Positions 18,067 through 28,443 are shown, counted from the first letter of the stretch. The stretch: 60,941 nucleotides of DNA from an uncultured Bacteroidales bacterium (GCA_903925275.1 CAIYES010000181.1:1-60941), one strand, 5' to 3'. Numbers and translations are program-made. The notes: a model not told the origin generated them from the sequence alone.

Positions 18067-19851
18067 TCACTTCTTTATATCAGGTTTACTCATTTTCCCG
18101 CTGACTTCCAACACTTTTGCTTTTATAGCTTCCGATTCCGGATCCCTTTTCAGCGCTTCATCATAATAATAGTAAGCTCTATCATACTTGCGAAGCCAAT
18201 TATAAATGTGACCAAGGTGTATGTAGGCGGCAGTCAGGCTTGGCCCGGTCTCAACGGCACGGGTGAAAAAATAGATCGCCGAATCGGTGTTGATTTCGGC
18301 AGGATGGTACATCATCCGCAATTCATAGGCATATCCCAACCTGAAATGGGCGTCGGGGAAGGCCGGAACCAGGTTTACTGCACGTCTGAGTACCTGGATT
18401 CCTTCAGAAAGCAATGAGTCCCTTTTTAAATTGTTGGTTTCACCCGACGCCAGGTCAACCAGTAACATCCCATACTGATAATGATTTTGAATGCTGTTGG
18501 AACCCGATTTGTGATCACAGGAAACAAGCGTAAAATTGTCTTTCCAATCTTTGTTCCGTGAAATTGTCTTCAAAGAATATCCAACAAACAGGGCAGAAAA
18601 AAGGACAATAAAAATCAAACCTGATTTAATTTGTGCGGCACTAAAAGAGATAATTTTTGCAGGTTTTAAATTTGATATCCGGTAAAGTAAAAGGCTGATT
18701 GCGAAACAATAAGCAAGCGATGGTGCATAAAGCAAGCGCTCCGCAAAAATCCCTCCCCGTAAAAAAACAAATCCTATGGCCGGGATGATCGTCAGATAAA
18801 AAAACAAGATAGCGAAACCAACCGGTGATTTTTTATAGAGAAAAAACAGCCCTATTCCAATAAGGAGGATGAACAGCGCAAGACCCGAAAAGGCCTGAGG
18901 GTTATCCCAGTGCACTCCGGGTAGTTGGTCGAATGCGTAATCATACCTTAAAGGATGCGGAAAAATAACCATCCTGATGTATAACAGGAACATCATAAAA
19001 GCCGATGAATACCTGATCTCCGGGGATCGATAGGGGTAAAAAATCGGATCATCCGGAAGAGCGGATGCAGTGACACCAATGAGTAAGGTTTTCTGGATAA
19101 AGTACACAGCAATAACAACGATAAACGGAATGCACAGCTTTAGTATTTTGTGAAGCGGTGTTTTCTTATAATAGTAGGCTGCCAGAGGCAGCAGTCCCAT
19201 GCCGGCATAAGCACTTTCTTTGGATAACAACGCAAAGTAAAATGCCAAAAGGCCAGGCACCAGCCAGATTTTTTTATTAGCGTCAAGATAACAAAGTGCG
19301 AAATACAACATACAAATAACACCAAGAAAACTGAGCAGTTCATCGCGGCCTTTTATATTTGATACAATTTCAGTATGAATGGGATGTGCTGCGAAAAGTA
19401 AAGTAATACTTACCGGAAATAAAATATGGAATGCCGGGAACAATTTCCGCAACAGCAGGAAAAGACAAAAAACAGTAGCGGAAAACAGAAGAGCGTTGAT
19501 AAAATGGCTGAAATGTGGGGAAAATCCGAAAAATTGATATTCAATTGCAAAGGTTATAAGCGATAAGGGACGGTAATATCCCAGGTCTTTTCCGGCCGAC
19601 TGCCAGAATTCCGACTTCATCAGATACGGAATTCCCTGGAATCCTTGCTGAACGTATTTGTTGATGGTAATGGCGAAATAATCATCCAGTGCATAATCAT
19701 TTTTCAGTGTATTGGTATACAATAAAAATGCAATAACAGCGCAAATGAATCCTATCAGATAATTATTCTCATACCATAAAGGTGTTTTCAGATTTTCCCT
19801 TTTTTTTTGAAGTAAAGGTGTTTTTTTTTCGTTTTTGGTGTGTGATCGCAT
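18067..19851 (-). CDS. TMTC-like GT-C membrane glycosyltransferase with C-terminal TPRs
   Basis: YALDD, YYRPL, HPIHTE.V.NIKGRDE, SKE, AERLLY, RNKDW; TPR tail. Likely ATG 19851 (track start 19878). Confidence 0.8.
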   Translation of the reverse strand: MRSHTKNEKKTPLLQKKRENLKTPLWYENNYLIGFICAVIAFLLYTNTLKNDYALDDYFAITINKYVQQGFQGIPYLMKSEFWQSAGKDLGYYRPLSLITFAIEYQFFGFSPHFSHFINALLFSATVFCLFLLLRKLFPAFHILFPVSITLLFAAHPIHTEIVSNIKGRDELLSFLGVICMLYFALCYLDANKKIWLVPGLLAFYFALLSKESAYAGMGLLPLAAYYYKKTPLHKILKLCIPFIVVIAVYFIQKTLLIGVTASALPDDPIFYPYRSPEIRYSSAFMMFLLYIRMVIFPHPLRYDYAFDQLPGVHWDNPQAFSGLALFILLIGIGLFFLYKKSPVGFAILFFYLTIIPAIGFVFLRGGIFAERLLYAPSLAYCFAISLLLYRISNLKPAKIISFSAAQIKSGLIFIVLFSALFVGYSLKTISRNKDWKDNFTLVSCDHKSGSNSIQNHYQYGMLLVDLASGETNNLKRDSLLSEGIQVLRRAVNLVPAFPDAHFRLGYAYELRMMYHPAEINTDSAIYFFTRAVETGPSLTAAYIHLGHIYNWLRKYDRAYYYYDEALKRDPESEAIKAKVLEVSGKMSKPDIKK

Positions 19852-19908
19852 GAAAAAATTAAGTTTTGTCAAAATCAACCATGGTTCGTAAAAATAGCGT
19901 TTTTTGCC

Positions 19909-20688
19909 TTATTTGTGTTGTCTGAATAACCATTCAATCATGAGAGGATCGCTGTAGGCTGCTAACCACGAAAAATGTCCGACACCCGGATAGATGGTAC
20001 ACCCTGCATGCGATCCGGCTTTTGTCAAAGCCTGTATCATATCAATCGAACAGAATGGATTCACTGCTGAATCTTCTGACCCATGAAAAATCCAGATAGG
20101 AATATGCGCAATCGATGCCGCTTTTGAGATATCCCCACCTCCGCAAACCGGAACAGCGGCAGCAAATAAATGCGGATACCGCTCAATAGCATCGAATGTA
20201 CCATAGCCCCCCATCGAAAGTCCGGTAATATAGATGCGGTTTGTATCAATCGAAAAAGTTTTTATAAGCTGGGAAATAAGTTCCGTTACAAGTTCCATCG
20301 GTTTGGATGGAGCATGCTGAAGCTGCAATTCTCCATTACGCCCATTTTCAAGAAAATTTGACCAGTCCTGATCGTTGGGACATTGGGGAGCAATGACAAA
20401 AGCGGGATGCAGTGCCATCGTTTGATCTGTTGCGAAGTTCATTACACCCCATTTTAACTGCGCCTCGTTATCGTTTCCCCGTTCACCCGAACCATGCAGA
20501 AAGATCACAAGCGGGTACTTTCGTAATGTATCATAATCCGGAAAAAGCAACCGGTAATTCAACGTATCTCCCTTGCCATTGGTAAATTTGTTAATGTCGA
20601 ACCGGGATGATTGGGCAAATGTGGCGTTTGCCCAAAAACACACAAATGATATGAGGATAAGAATTGATCGTAGTGCTGTATTTTTCAT
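19909..20688 (-). CDS. Secreted alpha/beta hydrolase (predicted peptidase/carboxylesterase)
   Basis: LVIFLHGSGERG, GLSMGG nucleophile, FHGSED and GVGH. Confidence 0.85.
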   Translation of the reverse strand: MKNTALRSILILISFVCFWANATFAQSSRFDINKFTNGKGDTLNYRLLFPDYDTLRKYPLVIFLHGSGERGNDNEAQLKWGVMNFATDQTMALHPAFVIAPQCPNDQDWSNFLENGRNGELQLQHAPSKPMELVTELISQLIKTFSIDTNRIYITGLSMGGYGTFDAIERYPHLFAAAVPVCGGGDISKAASIAHIPIWIFHGSEDSAVNPFCSIDMIQALTKAGSHAGCTIYPGVGHFSWLAAYSDPLMIEWLFRQHK

Positions 20689-20870
20689 TTTTTAATCGTA
20701 TAACTATCTTCCTGGTGACGTTCAACATAATACTGCCCAAATTTAGTATAAAATCAATTGTCAACTCCATGTCCTTCCTTCACTTTTGGCCAACGAAAAA
20801 TAATCCCGCATCCGGCGGTCGTTCATTGTTCATGAAAAAACCCATGTTTCGGGGATGAAAAATGATGCAA

Positions 20871-21950
20871 TTATTTATTAAAGCGGTTCAGGCTGTTTTG
20901 GGAAATTAAATTCCAATCCGGTTTCCCGATAAATGATTGTAAATTTTTGCTGTTTGTATAAGACATGGCCGATGCCAGATAATCAATAAAATTCTCAACC
21001 CATCCTGCTATGGTATATTCTACCTGAACCATTCGGGTCACGCCCTCCGACGACCTGAGTTCATTTCCCAGATGTGCCTGCACCTCCTTGGTACTCATCC
21101 CGCGGAATTTCTTGTAAAATACTGATCCCATTTTAAAAGCTGTTGTTACTTCATCGCTGTACTGATCCACCTGATCACCCGGAACGGTATATCCTTCATA
21201 CTTCTTATTGGCCGAGTAAGTGTTCCCTGCCGATTCGAGCGCCTTGTTAAATACCCCGCCACACATCACATAATCTGCTCCAAGTGCCAGTGCCTTGATA
21301 ATATCAGCATATTTTTTAATCCCGCCATCAGCAATCACTTTTGCAAATTTTCCCGTTCGTCCGGTTTTTTTCTGATCGATATCATAAATAAGGGAAGCAA
21401 GCGGATACCCTATCCCTGTATGAACCGATGTGCTGCATCCCGATCCGTTTCCGATTCCAACCCTCACAAAATCAGCTCCCGCCGCAGATAATTCAAAAAA
21501 TGTTCCGGGATTTGCCACATTCCCAACCATGATCAGCAATTGATTGTGATATTTTTTTTTGGTTTTTTCTACCGTGTCCATTAACCGCTTCATGTGACCG
21601 TTCGCAATGTCAATGCAAACCTGTACTTTCCCGGAATCTTTCAAATCACTTCCATTGCCAAATATGTGTTCAAACTGATCTAAACTCAATGCTACCCATC
21701 CATTCATTTTAATGCAATCTTCAAGGGTAAAATGCTTTGTCTCTGTTCGTGGTACGATTGGATAAATACAACTCTTACTGAAAATATTGCGATGTGCAAT
21801 GTCGGTTACTGTATCCATTGGTGCTGTAAACAATGGAAGCATGTTATTTTCATCCTTAACCGAGACTGTTTTCCGCGAATTGATGGTGCTATGCACTGCA
21901 GGCTCCAATAAAATATCATCGAAATCGAATTTTGGTGTTATTATATTCAT
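20871..21950 (-). CDS. IMPDH/GMP reductase family protein without CBS domains, more GMP-reductase-like
   Basis: APMDTV, DIANGH, GNVA, catalytic loop GIGNGSGCST, ADGGI, KALALGAD, RGMS...SSEG. Confidence 0.8.
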   Translation of the reverse strand: MNIITPKFDFDDILLEPAVHSTINSRKTVSVKDENNMLPLFTAPMDTVTDIAHRNIFSKSCIYPIVPRTETKHFTLEDCIKMNGWVALSLDQFEHIFGNGSDLKDSGKVQVCIDIANGHMKRLMDTVEKTKKKYHNQLLIMVGNVANPGTFFELSAAGADFVRVGIGNGSGCSTSVHTGIGYPLASLIYDIDQKKTGRTGKFAKVIADGGIKKYADIIKALALGADYVMCGGVFNKALESAGNTYSANKKYEGYTVPGDQVDQYSDEVTTAFKMGSVFYKKFRGMSTKEVQAHLGNELRSSEGVTRMVQVEYTIAGWVENFIDYLASAMSYTNSKNLQSFIGKPDWNLISQNSLNRFNK

Positions 21951-22169
21951 TTTCTATTTTTTAAGTAGTGTTCTCTTTATCATTAATTTGTTCAGTGGAC
22001 AAATGGAATATTATGGTTGTCATTCACGGTTTACATGAACTTTATTCTTATGGGTATTTCATGTGGATTGAAGCCTTATCTAATTTGAATCCTACCAGCT
22101 TTATCTGGAATTCTGGCAATAACAGTTAATTTGGCGCAATTATGTTCCAAATTTAGCATTTTTCCCAAT

Positions 22170-22195
22170 AAAAAACCACCCTCTCAGGTGGTTTC
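22170..22195 (-). terminator. Intrinsic terminator after 22228..22599
   Basis: Minus strand AAACCACC-TGAGAG-GGTGGTTT followed by a T run. Confidence 0.7.
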
Positions 22196-22227
22196 AAATC
22201 GAAATTACAGGGAAAATATATGGAGGG

Positions 22228-22599
22228 TTATTCAAAGTCAGCTTCAAATGGTATAACTGGGGCGAGCATACGAAAATCAATTGATATTTGATCAGCTGTT
22301 TCCGTAAAATCAGCACCCGATGGAATTACAGGAGAAAGATCCATAACCGGTTTCATTTCGACTGCAAAATCCTCGAACAGCGCAACACCTGGCGTGACAG
22401 GTGACAAACCCAAAAATGTATTTTCCATGACCATATCTTCAAGGATAGCCTCTGCAGGTGCCGTTGGAACCAATGTCATCATGTTGATGGTTGAACTTAC
22501 AACGACGGCAGCGGGAGGAAAAAAGCTCTCATTACCAGCGAATAAAAAACTAAATTGAAGTGAGAGAATTGCTGCGAGGATGATTTTTTTTGCTTTCAT
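22228..22599 (-). CDS. Small secreted acidic protein with four LxPxxPxxAx(F/L)(E/T) repeats
   Basis: Signal peptide; own promoter box TAGTTTTG (22628-22635, minus strand) and terminator. Confidence 0.75.
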   Translation of the reverse strand: MKAKKIILAAILSLQFSFLFAGNESFFPPAAVVVSSTINMMTLVPTAPAEAILEDMVMENTFLGLSPVTPGVALFEDFAVEMKPVMDLSPVIPSGADFTETADQISIDFRMLAPVIPFEADFE

Positions 22600-22778
22600 T
22601 TTTTTGGGTTATTTGATGTTGATGAAGCAAAACTAATATGGATTTGCGAGCTGTACATTAATAATCGACCTTTCTCCCATAACTCCCGGCAAACACCTGA
22701 TGGGTGCCGGTGAAAAATGTTACCGATTGTAAGAATTAATGTTCTTGGATGAAATCAGAACAGCTTTAACGACCGGTT

Positions 22779-22811
22779 AAAAAAAATCGCCGGGGTATCC
22801 CAGCGATTTTT
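22779..22811 (-). terminator. Intrinsic terminator after the lipoprotein gene
   Basis: AAAAATCGC.GGG / CCC.GCGATTTTT stem with T tracts. Confidence 0.75.
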
Positions 22812-22852
22812 GAAGGTTTTCGTGACAATTCAGTAATTGTCATAAATCAGGT

Positions 22853-23782
22853 TTAGGGTAAATAGAGGTAAACTGTTCCCGAATGATTATTCTTTTGCCA
22901 GTCAACCTTGTATTTTGACGGACAGTCGGTGCCGGTTATTGGCTGATTGTTGCTGTCAAACCCAAAGGTAAGGGTAGCGCTTTTTGAATCAGAAGGGATT
23001 TGATGGAACTTGATTCCGGAACAGGGATCCCAGTCGCAGGCCTGGCGCAGTACGACCGATTGGGTAATCTGGGTATAGAAATTCTCGCCCTGACGGTTGG
23101 TGCCCCATACTACAAGATTGGTATATTGTCCTTCGTTGCCAAAGCCATCAAGTGTTAAAGTAAGCTCAGCAGGCGTTCCGGTAAAGGTTTTCTGACGGGC
23201 AACGTTCCAGGTTCTGGTGGTAGTGTCGCTGAATGTAACTGTTTCGATACCCCAGGTTTTATGAACGATGGATGTTATACCGTTACCAAGTTGCCAGATT
23301 AAACCACCGCTCACATTCTGATGTGTTTTGGTGCCATTGAGGGTAATGGTTTTCTGGTTAGATACTTTGGTTATGGTGAAGTTGATGTGTTTTACCATGA
23401 CGGTAGCTCCGGCCTGATACCAATGTGTTCCCACACTCTTTTTAATTTCCACCTGGCCGGTTCTGTAGCGGGTACCACTGCAATTCAAACCATTATAGGT
23501 AATGTAATACGTAATGGTATCGTTGATAGTACTTGTTGAGTCGATCGTGGCATTGCAGGGCAACATTTCAGTTGATTTAAGTGAGCCACCCGAAAGCAAC
23601 CCGTTAACATCATTCATTACTTCATCTGAAGCATTCTGTACCTGGTTTTCATCATTGGCAAGTTGCTGCAACGATGCAGTATCAGCACCTGAAGTGTTCT
23701 TGTCTTTTTTACACCCTGTTACTGAAAGCCCGATGACGGCGATGAGCAGGGCAGTGAGGCGGATGAGGTTCCTTGTTTTCAT
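22853..23782 (-). CDS. Beta-rich lipoprotein, last gene of the ECF/FecR cassette
   Basis: Lipobox VTGC followed by KKDK; Thr-rich beta strands and Cys pairs. Confidence 0.8.
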   Translation of the reverse strand: MKTRNLIRLTALLIAVIGLSVTGCKKDKNTSGADTASLQQLANDENQVQNASDEVMNDVNGLLSGGSLKSTEMLPCNATIDSTSTINDTITYYITYNGLNCSGTRYRTGQVEIKKSVGTHWYQAGATVMVKHINFTITKVSNQKTITLNGTKTHQNVSGGLIWQLGNGITSIVHKTWGIETVTFSDTTTRTWNVARQKTFTGTPAELTLTLDGFGNEGQYTNLVVWGTNRQGENFYTQITQSVVLRQACDWDPCSGIKFHQIPSDSKSATLTFGFDSNNQPITGTDCPSKYKVDWQKNNHSGTVYLYLP

Positions 23783-23828
23783 AGTTCTCTTGGATTAAAT
23801 GGTTATTGGTTTTCTGTTTCTGATGATT

Positions 23829-23857
23829 ATACACCTGAAAGGCAGGTTACCCTGATG
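23829..23857 (-). promoter_or_regulatory. Probable ECF sigma promoter, copy 1 (CATCAGGGTAAC-N11-GTGTAT)
   Basis: 24/29 identical to 28462-28490; upstream of the lipoprotein gene. Confidence 0.7.
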
Positions 23858-23883
23858 TCCTGGTAAAAATTTTTTTCTGCCTT

Positions 23884-24711
23884 TTACCTGATGGGATTAA
23901 CAATGACCGACAGTTCATTCACTGCGCAAACCCCGAAGAAACCCAGTGCTCCATTGCTCAGGTTGGTAGTGACATTTGCTGCAGCCACATTGAACAATCC
24001 CCCTGTCCAATTTGTTTCAAGCAGCATTTCGCGGATGAATTCAGCATGCTCGGGGGTAATCGAGTAGCGTCGCTCTGTAATCATGGTACCAGCCGGGAAA
24101 TTGATCGCCTCCATCTGCGGGGCAAACACTTCACTTACATCGAGCGTAGGCAATGTGTAGAACAGCATCCTGGCATGGTTGTCGATGGAATCAAGGTTTT
24201 GATAACCCGGTACCCTCGACCAGTCAAGAAGCAGCTCCCACCTTGCCACATCTTTGGTACTGAAAGCATTGGCAACCCAATCAATATAATAGAGGTTGTT
24301 CTGCTCATTTTTTAAGTATTTGAGTTCCTGGAAATACGATCCGGGAACCATGGTTGCTTTTGCCGAATAAATAATGTTGTTTTGGGATATCAACAGGGTG
24401 TAATTCTTTGCCAGCCTGGCAAAAAAAGCAGGAGGTGTAAGATAAATGCCAGAGTTGGCAGGCTGTTCAACCAGGTTCCATACTGAATCCTCATTGCTGA
24501 TGATCACACTGGCGCCCATGACCGGTTGCGGCGACTGATTTAACTGAGACACCGTGTAAGTCAACGTGACCTGATGTGATTTTACCTCGTCAGTGAGAAT
24601 CGCATCCACGATGATCCTGACTGGCGTGGCTTCAGTAACAGGCCATTTGGTTTGCTTCACACAACTTTGCAGTGCAAGAAATAATCCGATAATATATACG
24701 GTCTTTTGCAT
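23884..24711 (-). CDS. DUF4249-family lipoprotein (TonB-dependent receptor partner)
   Basis: Lipobox LQSC; C-terminal TNLSNGALGFF; directly downstream of the TBDR. Confidence 0.8.
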   Translation of the reverse strand: MQKTVYIIGLFLALQSCVKQTKWPVTEATPVRIIVDAILTDEVKSHQVTLTYTVSQLNQSPQPVMGASVIISNEDSVWNLVEQPANSGIYLTPPAFFARLAKNYTLLISQNNIIYSAKATMVPGSYFQELKYLKNEQNNLYYIDWVANAFSTKDVARWELLLDWSRVPGYQNLDSIDNHARMLFYTLPTLDVSEVFAPQMEAINFPAGTMITERRYSITPEHAEFIREMLLETNWTGGLFNVAAANVTTNLSNGALGFFGVCAVNELSVIVNPIR

Positions 24712-27413
24712 CAGAAATGGAATTGGTAGTTTATCGATGGGATGATGCCTGCAACAGAAATCGAAGTCGGGATGAGCTCATACGTGCCGTTCAGGTTCGA
24801 CGGCACCACAAAATCGCCATTATCATTCATCATCTTGTTGAAATTCACCGAAAACGGATTCATCCGGCCATATGCATTGTACAAGGTCAAAGCCAGGTTA
24901 TGCCTGTACCGGTTTCCCGGTTTGTTAAACACATAGGAAACAGATAAATCAAGACGGTGGTAATCGGGAAGTCGATCGTTGTTTTTATCGCCGTAAAAAG
25001 GAACAGAATAACCATTGGTGTAGTAAAAACCAATTGGTGTGGTAATGGTGCCTCCTGTCAGATAAATCCAATTTGCAATGAAAACCCAGTGTTTTTTTGT
25101 ATCGTATGAAATGTTGATACAAACATCATTGGGCCGGTCAAAACTGGCCCGGTAAACCCGACCATTGTTAACCTCAGGGGTCTGCACAAATGCCCTCGAC
25201 CAGGTATAGCCTATCCATCCGGTGAGGTTACCGATGCTTTTCCGCAGCATAACCTCAACACCATACGACCAGGCTTTCCCGAATCGCAACTCTCCTTCAA
25301 TGAGCGTATTAAAAAGCAAGTTGGCATGATCTTTATAATCTAAATGATCATGGAACCATTTATAATAGGCTTCGGCAGAAAATGTGAATTTCGATTTATT
25401 CAGTTCTCTGAAGTAACCCACTGCCACCTGGTCGGCAATTTGAGAAGGAAGATTGGGACCGCAGGGAGCCCAGACTTCGAGGGAAGTGAAAGGACTGGTT
25501 GAATTGGAGAGTAACTGCAGAAACTGGGTTGTCCGGCTATAACTTGCCTTCACAGTTGATTTCTGATTGATCTGGTATTGAATATTGAGTCGGGGTTCGG
25601 GGCTGAATGTCGTGGAATAGGCAACACCATTTCCATAGCTGATGGTATCTATCACCTGGTGGTTGGCATCGAAATAGCAAACTTTCGTCGGACCTAAATC
25701 CTGCCAAACGGGGAGCCTGATCCCATACCTGATGGAAAACTTTTTTCCGATCCGTTGTTCATTTGATGCATAGATGAGATACTCCATTGCATGGTATTGC
25801 GACACCACCGGAGCCTCTTGTGTCGTACTGTTATCGGCTAGCGTGACATTCCCCGGGTTTGATTGATGAAGGGTTGCCTCCAGCCCCATCCGTATGGAAT
25901 TGTGCGGGTTCAGATACCATGCGACATCGGTTTTAAGGGTAATATTTGAAATTCCGGAATTCCATAAACCACTTTGCTCCTGAGGCAAGGTTAAGGAGTA
26001 ATTGTATTTACTGTAATTCAACGTTGTATTTGAGAAGATCCGGTTGCTGAAGATATGGTTCCAGCGAAAAGTCCCTGCAAGATTTTTCCAATTTATACCA
26101 ATAGATTTGGTTTCAGGCGAAATGCTCCGGGAAAAATCATCCTCCCCGGTATAAAATGTGAAGAAAACACGATTATTGTCGTTCAGTCTGAAATTGATTT
26201 TGGCATTGATATCGAAAAATTGAAAGTCAAAGTTTTTTTTCAGTGCGGTAATATTGTTCATCCAGTTGAGTGTCGAAATACGTCCTGAGATGAAAAAAGA
26301 TCCCCGGTCCTTTACGATTGGCCCTTCCACTGAAATATTGGAGGCATAAGGTCCGACATTGCCGGAAAACCCAAACCGTTTCATATTTCCCTCCCGGGCT
26401 TTGATATCAATCACCGATGAGAGGCGGCCGCCAAATTTTGCCGGGAAATCGCCCTTGTATATCTGAACATCGTTAATGGCATCTGGCGCAAATGCAGAGA
26501 AAAAGCCAAACAGATGTGAAGGATTGTAAACCGGTACTTCATCAATCAGCAGCAAGTTCTGGTCGCTGTTCCCCCCCCGAACATAATAGAGTGCGGAACC
26601 ATCGCCATAGGTTTGGATCCCGGGAACAGCCTGAAGAGCCCGGATAATATCCAGGTCGCCACCAAACCCGGGAAGCTGTGCAAGCGTTTTCTGGGAAAAC
26701 CTGATCTCACTCATCTGCGTATTCCGGATATCCGTCTCATGATTTTCGGCAACGATCTCTACCTCTTTGATCTCAAGTTTGTCCTCCTCCATCTCAACTG
26801 ATATCCGGAAATTTTCATTCATCTGAATATCCCGGATCACCTCTTTATAACCCAGATAAGAAAAAACAATGGCATATTTCCCGTTGTTGAGTGTCAGGGA
26901 ATAAAATCCATAGCCATTGGTCATGGCGCCCGTGGTGGTGCCCCTGATGTATACATTGGCGCCAATCAGCACCTCACCGGTCGATTTGTCTCTGAGATAT
27001 CCGCTCAGTGTGAAACGGGTTGCAGGAACAGTGGCTCTTTCCGTCTTTCTGGTATCGGACGAGACAAGTTGTTTCAGTACAATGTGATTTTCGACCTGGA
27101 AATAATCGATGCCGTGCCTGAGCAACACCTCATCCAGTATCTCCCTGACCGTTTTTTCTTTTGCATCAACCGTTATAAGCTGATTCACCGGAAGCGTTTG
27201 TGGATTGTATGAGAAATCAACCGATCCGAGCCGCGATATTTCCTGAAGGAACTCCGAAATGGGCTTATTGATGATCTTCATCGTAATCCGCTGTTGCAGA
27301 TCCTGTGAAAGAGCATGAAAGGAGCATGAAAGGATCAGGAATAAAAAGATGAACAGATATTTGAACCTGAACTTGATCAATGACGCGGGGTATCTGAAAT
27401 TATCTGCATCCAC
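24711..27413 (-). CDS. TonB-dependent receptor with N-terminal STN signalling and carboxypeptidase-like domains
   Basis: STN-like region, TGEVLIGA, plug VRGG..DQNL, GGRLSSV, RLPDYHRLD and terminal Phe. Start uncertain (GTG 27413 or TTG 27380; track start 27479). Confidence 0.9.
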   Translation of the reverse strand: MDADNFRYPASLIKFRFKYLFIFLFLILSCSFHALSQDLQQRITMKIINKPISEFLQEISRLGSVDFSYNPQTLPVNQLITVDAKEKTVREILDEVLLRHGIDYFQVENHIVLKQLVSSDTRKTERATVPATRFTLSGYLRDKSTGEVLIGANVYIRGTTTGAMTNGYGFYSLTLNNGKYAIVFSYLGYKEVIRDIQMNENFRISVEMEEDKLEIKEVEIVAENHETDIRNTQMSEIRFSQKTLAQLPGFGGDLDIIRALQAVPGIQTYGDGSALYYVRGGNSDQNLLLIDEVPVYNPSHLFGFFSAFAPDAINDVQIYKGDFPAKFGGRLSSVIDIKAREGNMKRFGFSGNVGPYASNISVEGPIVKDRGSFFISGRISTLNWMNNITALKKNFDFQFFDINAKINFRLNDNNRVFFTFYTGEDDFSRSISPETKSIGINWKNLAGTFRWNHIFSNRIFSNTTLNYSKYNYSLTLPQEQSGLWNSGISNITLKTDVAWYLNPHNSIRMGLEATLHQSNPGNVTLADNSTTQEAPVVSQYHAMEYLIYASNEQRIGKKFSIRYGIRLPVWQDLGPTKVCYFDANHQVIDTISYGNGVAYSTTFSPEPRLNIQYQINQKSTVKASYSRTTQFLQLLSNSTSPFTSLEVWAPCGPNLPSQIADQVAVGYFRELNKSKFTFSAEAYYKWFHDHLDYKDHANLLFNTLIEGELRFGKAWSYGVEVMLRKSIGNLTGWIGYTWSRAFVQTPEVNNGRVYRASFDRPNDVCINISYDTKKHWVFIANWIYLTGGTITTPIGFYYTNGYSVPFYGDKNNDRLPDYHRLDLSVSYVFNKPGNRYRHNLALTLYNAYGRMNPFSVNFNKMMNDNGDFVVPSNLNGTYELIPTSISVAGIIPSINYQFHF

Positions 27414-28443
27414 GCCCGGAGAGTTCGATCCCCGCGCCGGTATTCCTGATCTGCAAATCAAGGGTGGCTTTGAGTACATTCAATATTGATTCCGGTGATT
27501 GTTTGTCAAAGGTAGTGGTAATCCTGCAATCACTCAACCTGTCGTCAGATAAACGGATTTTTGTATGATATACCTTTGCCAGCAGCGCAACGGCTTCATT
27601 CAGTGGTGTGTTGTTAAAAACAATGTGTTTTGTTTTCCATGATAAAAAGTTCACATCTTCATTGGTGGTTTTAGTGATGTTGAAGCCATTTGTGATCAGC
27701 TCTGCCTTTTCTCCCGGTGAAAGAATTGCCATCTTTTCCGGTTTGTTTTCATAATACACATCGACCTTTCCGGTTGCGAGGATGATCTCTTTGGTGCCAT
27801 CCCAGGTTTTGGTATTCACGAAAAAAGAGGTGCCGACTACCCGGATCCTGACATTTTCGGATGCAATAACAAATGGTTTTAATTTATCGGGAGAAACCTC
27901 GAACCAGGCTTCGCCCTGTAACGTAACATTGCGGAAAGATCCTTCAAACCGTGAAGGATAGGTAAGGGTCGCTCCTGCATTGAGTGTCACAATTGTTCCA
28001 TCAGGCAGGACATGCTCTGTAACTTCATTTCCGGCAGCCAATTGTGTCTCAGCCGGAGGTGATAAATAACGGTACAGCAGGAAAGTGGGTATGGCCAGCA
28101 AGAGGAAGATGGCTGCTATGCGGAGAGAAAAGTAAATGATTCGGGATTTAAGATTTCCGGTTTCCGATTCAGTTTCTTTCAATTTGTGATTGGTAGTCCC
28201 GATTGCATCTTCTTTGCTTTTCAGCTTTGAAACCAGCGTGTTCCATTCATGGTCAAGGTTGATGGAAGAATCGATTCTTGCATTTTCAATTGTTTTCCAG
28301 GTTCTCTGATATTCCGAAAACATGGCAGCATTTGCCGGATCTGCCTTTACCCATTTCTCAAGTTCACGGATGTCGTCAGGTGTCGATTCCCCAAAGAAAT
28401 ATTTGGTTATCAGGTCAGTATAATATGTGGAATTTGTTTCCAT
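27400..28443 (-). CDS. fecR: FecR-family anti-sigma factor
   Basis: LPDGT.V.LN, L.GEAWFEV, V.GTSF; single TM; ATG 28443 (track GTG 28467 lies inside the promoter motif). Confidence 0.9.
   Translation of the reverse strand: METNSTYYTDLITKYFFGESTPDDIRELEKWVKADPANAAMFSEYQRTWKTIENARIDSSINLDHEWNTLVSKLKSKEDAIGTTNHKLKETESETGNLKSRIIYFSLRIAAIFLLLAIPTFLLYRYLSPPAETQLAAGNEVTEHVLPDGTIVTLNAGATLTYPSRFEGSFRNVTLQGEAWFEVSPDKLKPFVIASENVRIRVVGTSFFVNTKTWDGTKEIILATGKVDVYYENKPEKMAILSPGEKAELITNGFNITKTTNEDVNFLSWKTKHIVFNNTPLNEAVALLAKVYHTKIRLSDDRLSDCRITTTFDKQSPESILNVLKATLDLQIRNTGAGIELSGRGCR

Noticed and set aside
22131-22150. Sigma-54 promoter-like TTGGAACATAATTGC (minus strand)
   Set aside because: GG-to-GC spacing is 9 nt rather than the required 10
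27414-27479. 80-bp overlap of the TonB receptor with fecR
   Set aside because: A signal-peptide-like region begins downstream, so GTG 27413 or TTG 27380 is the more plausible start
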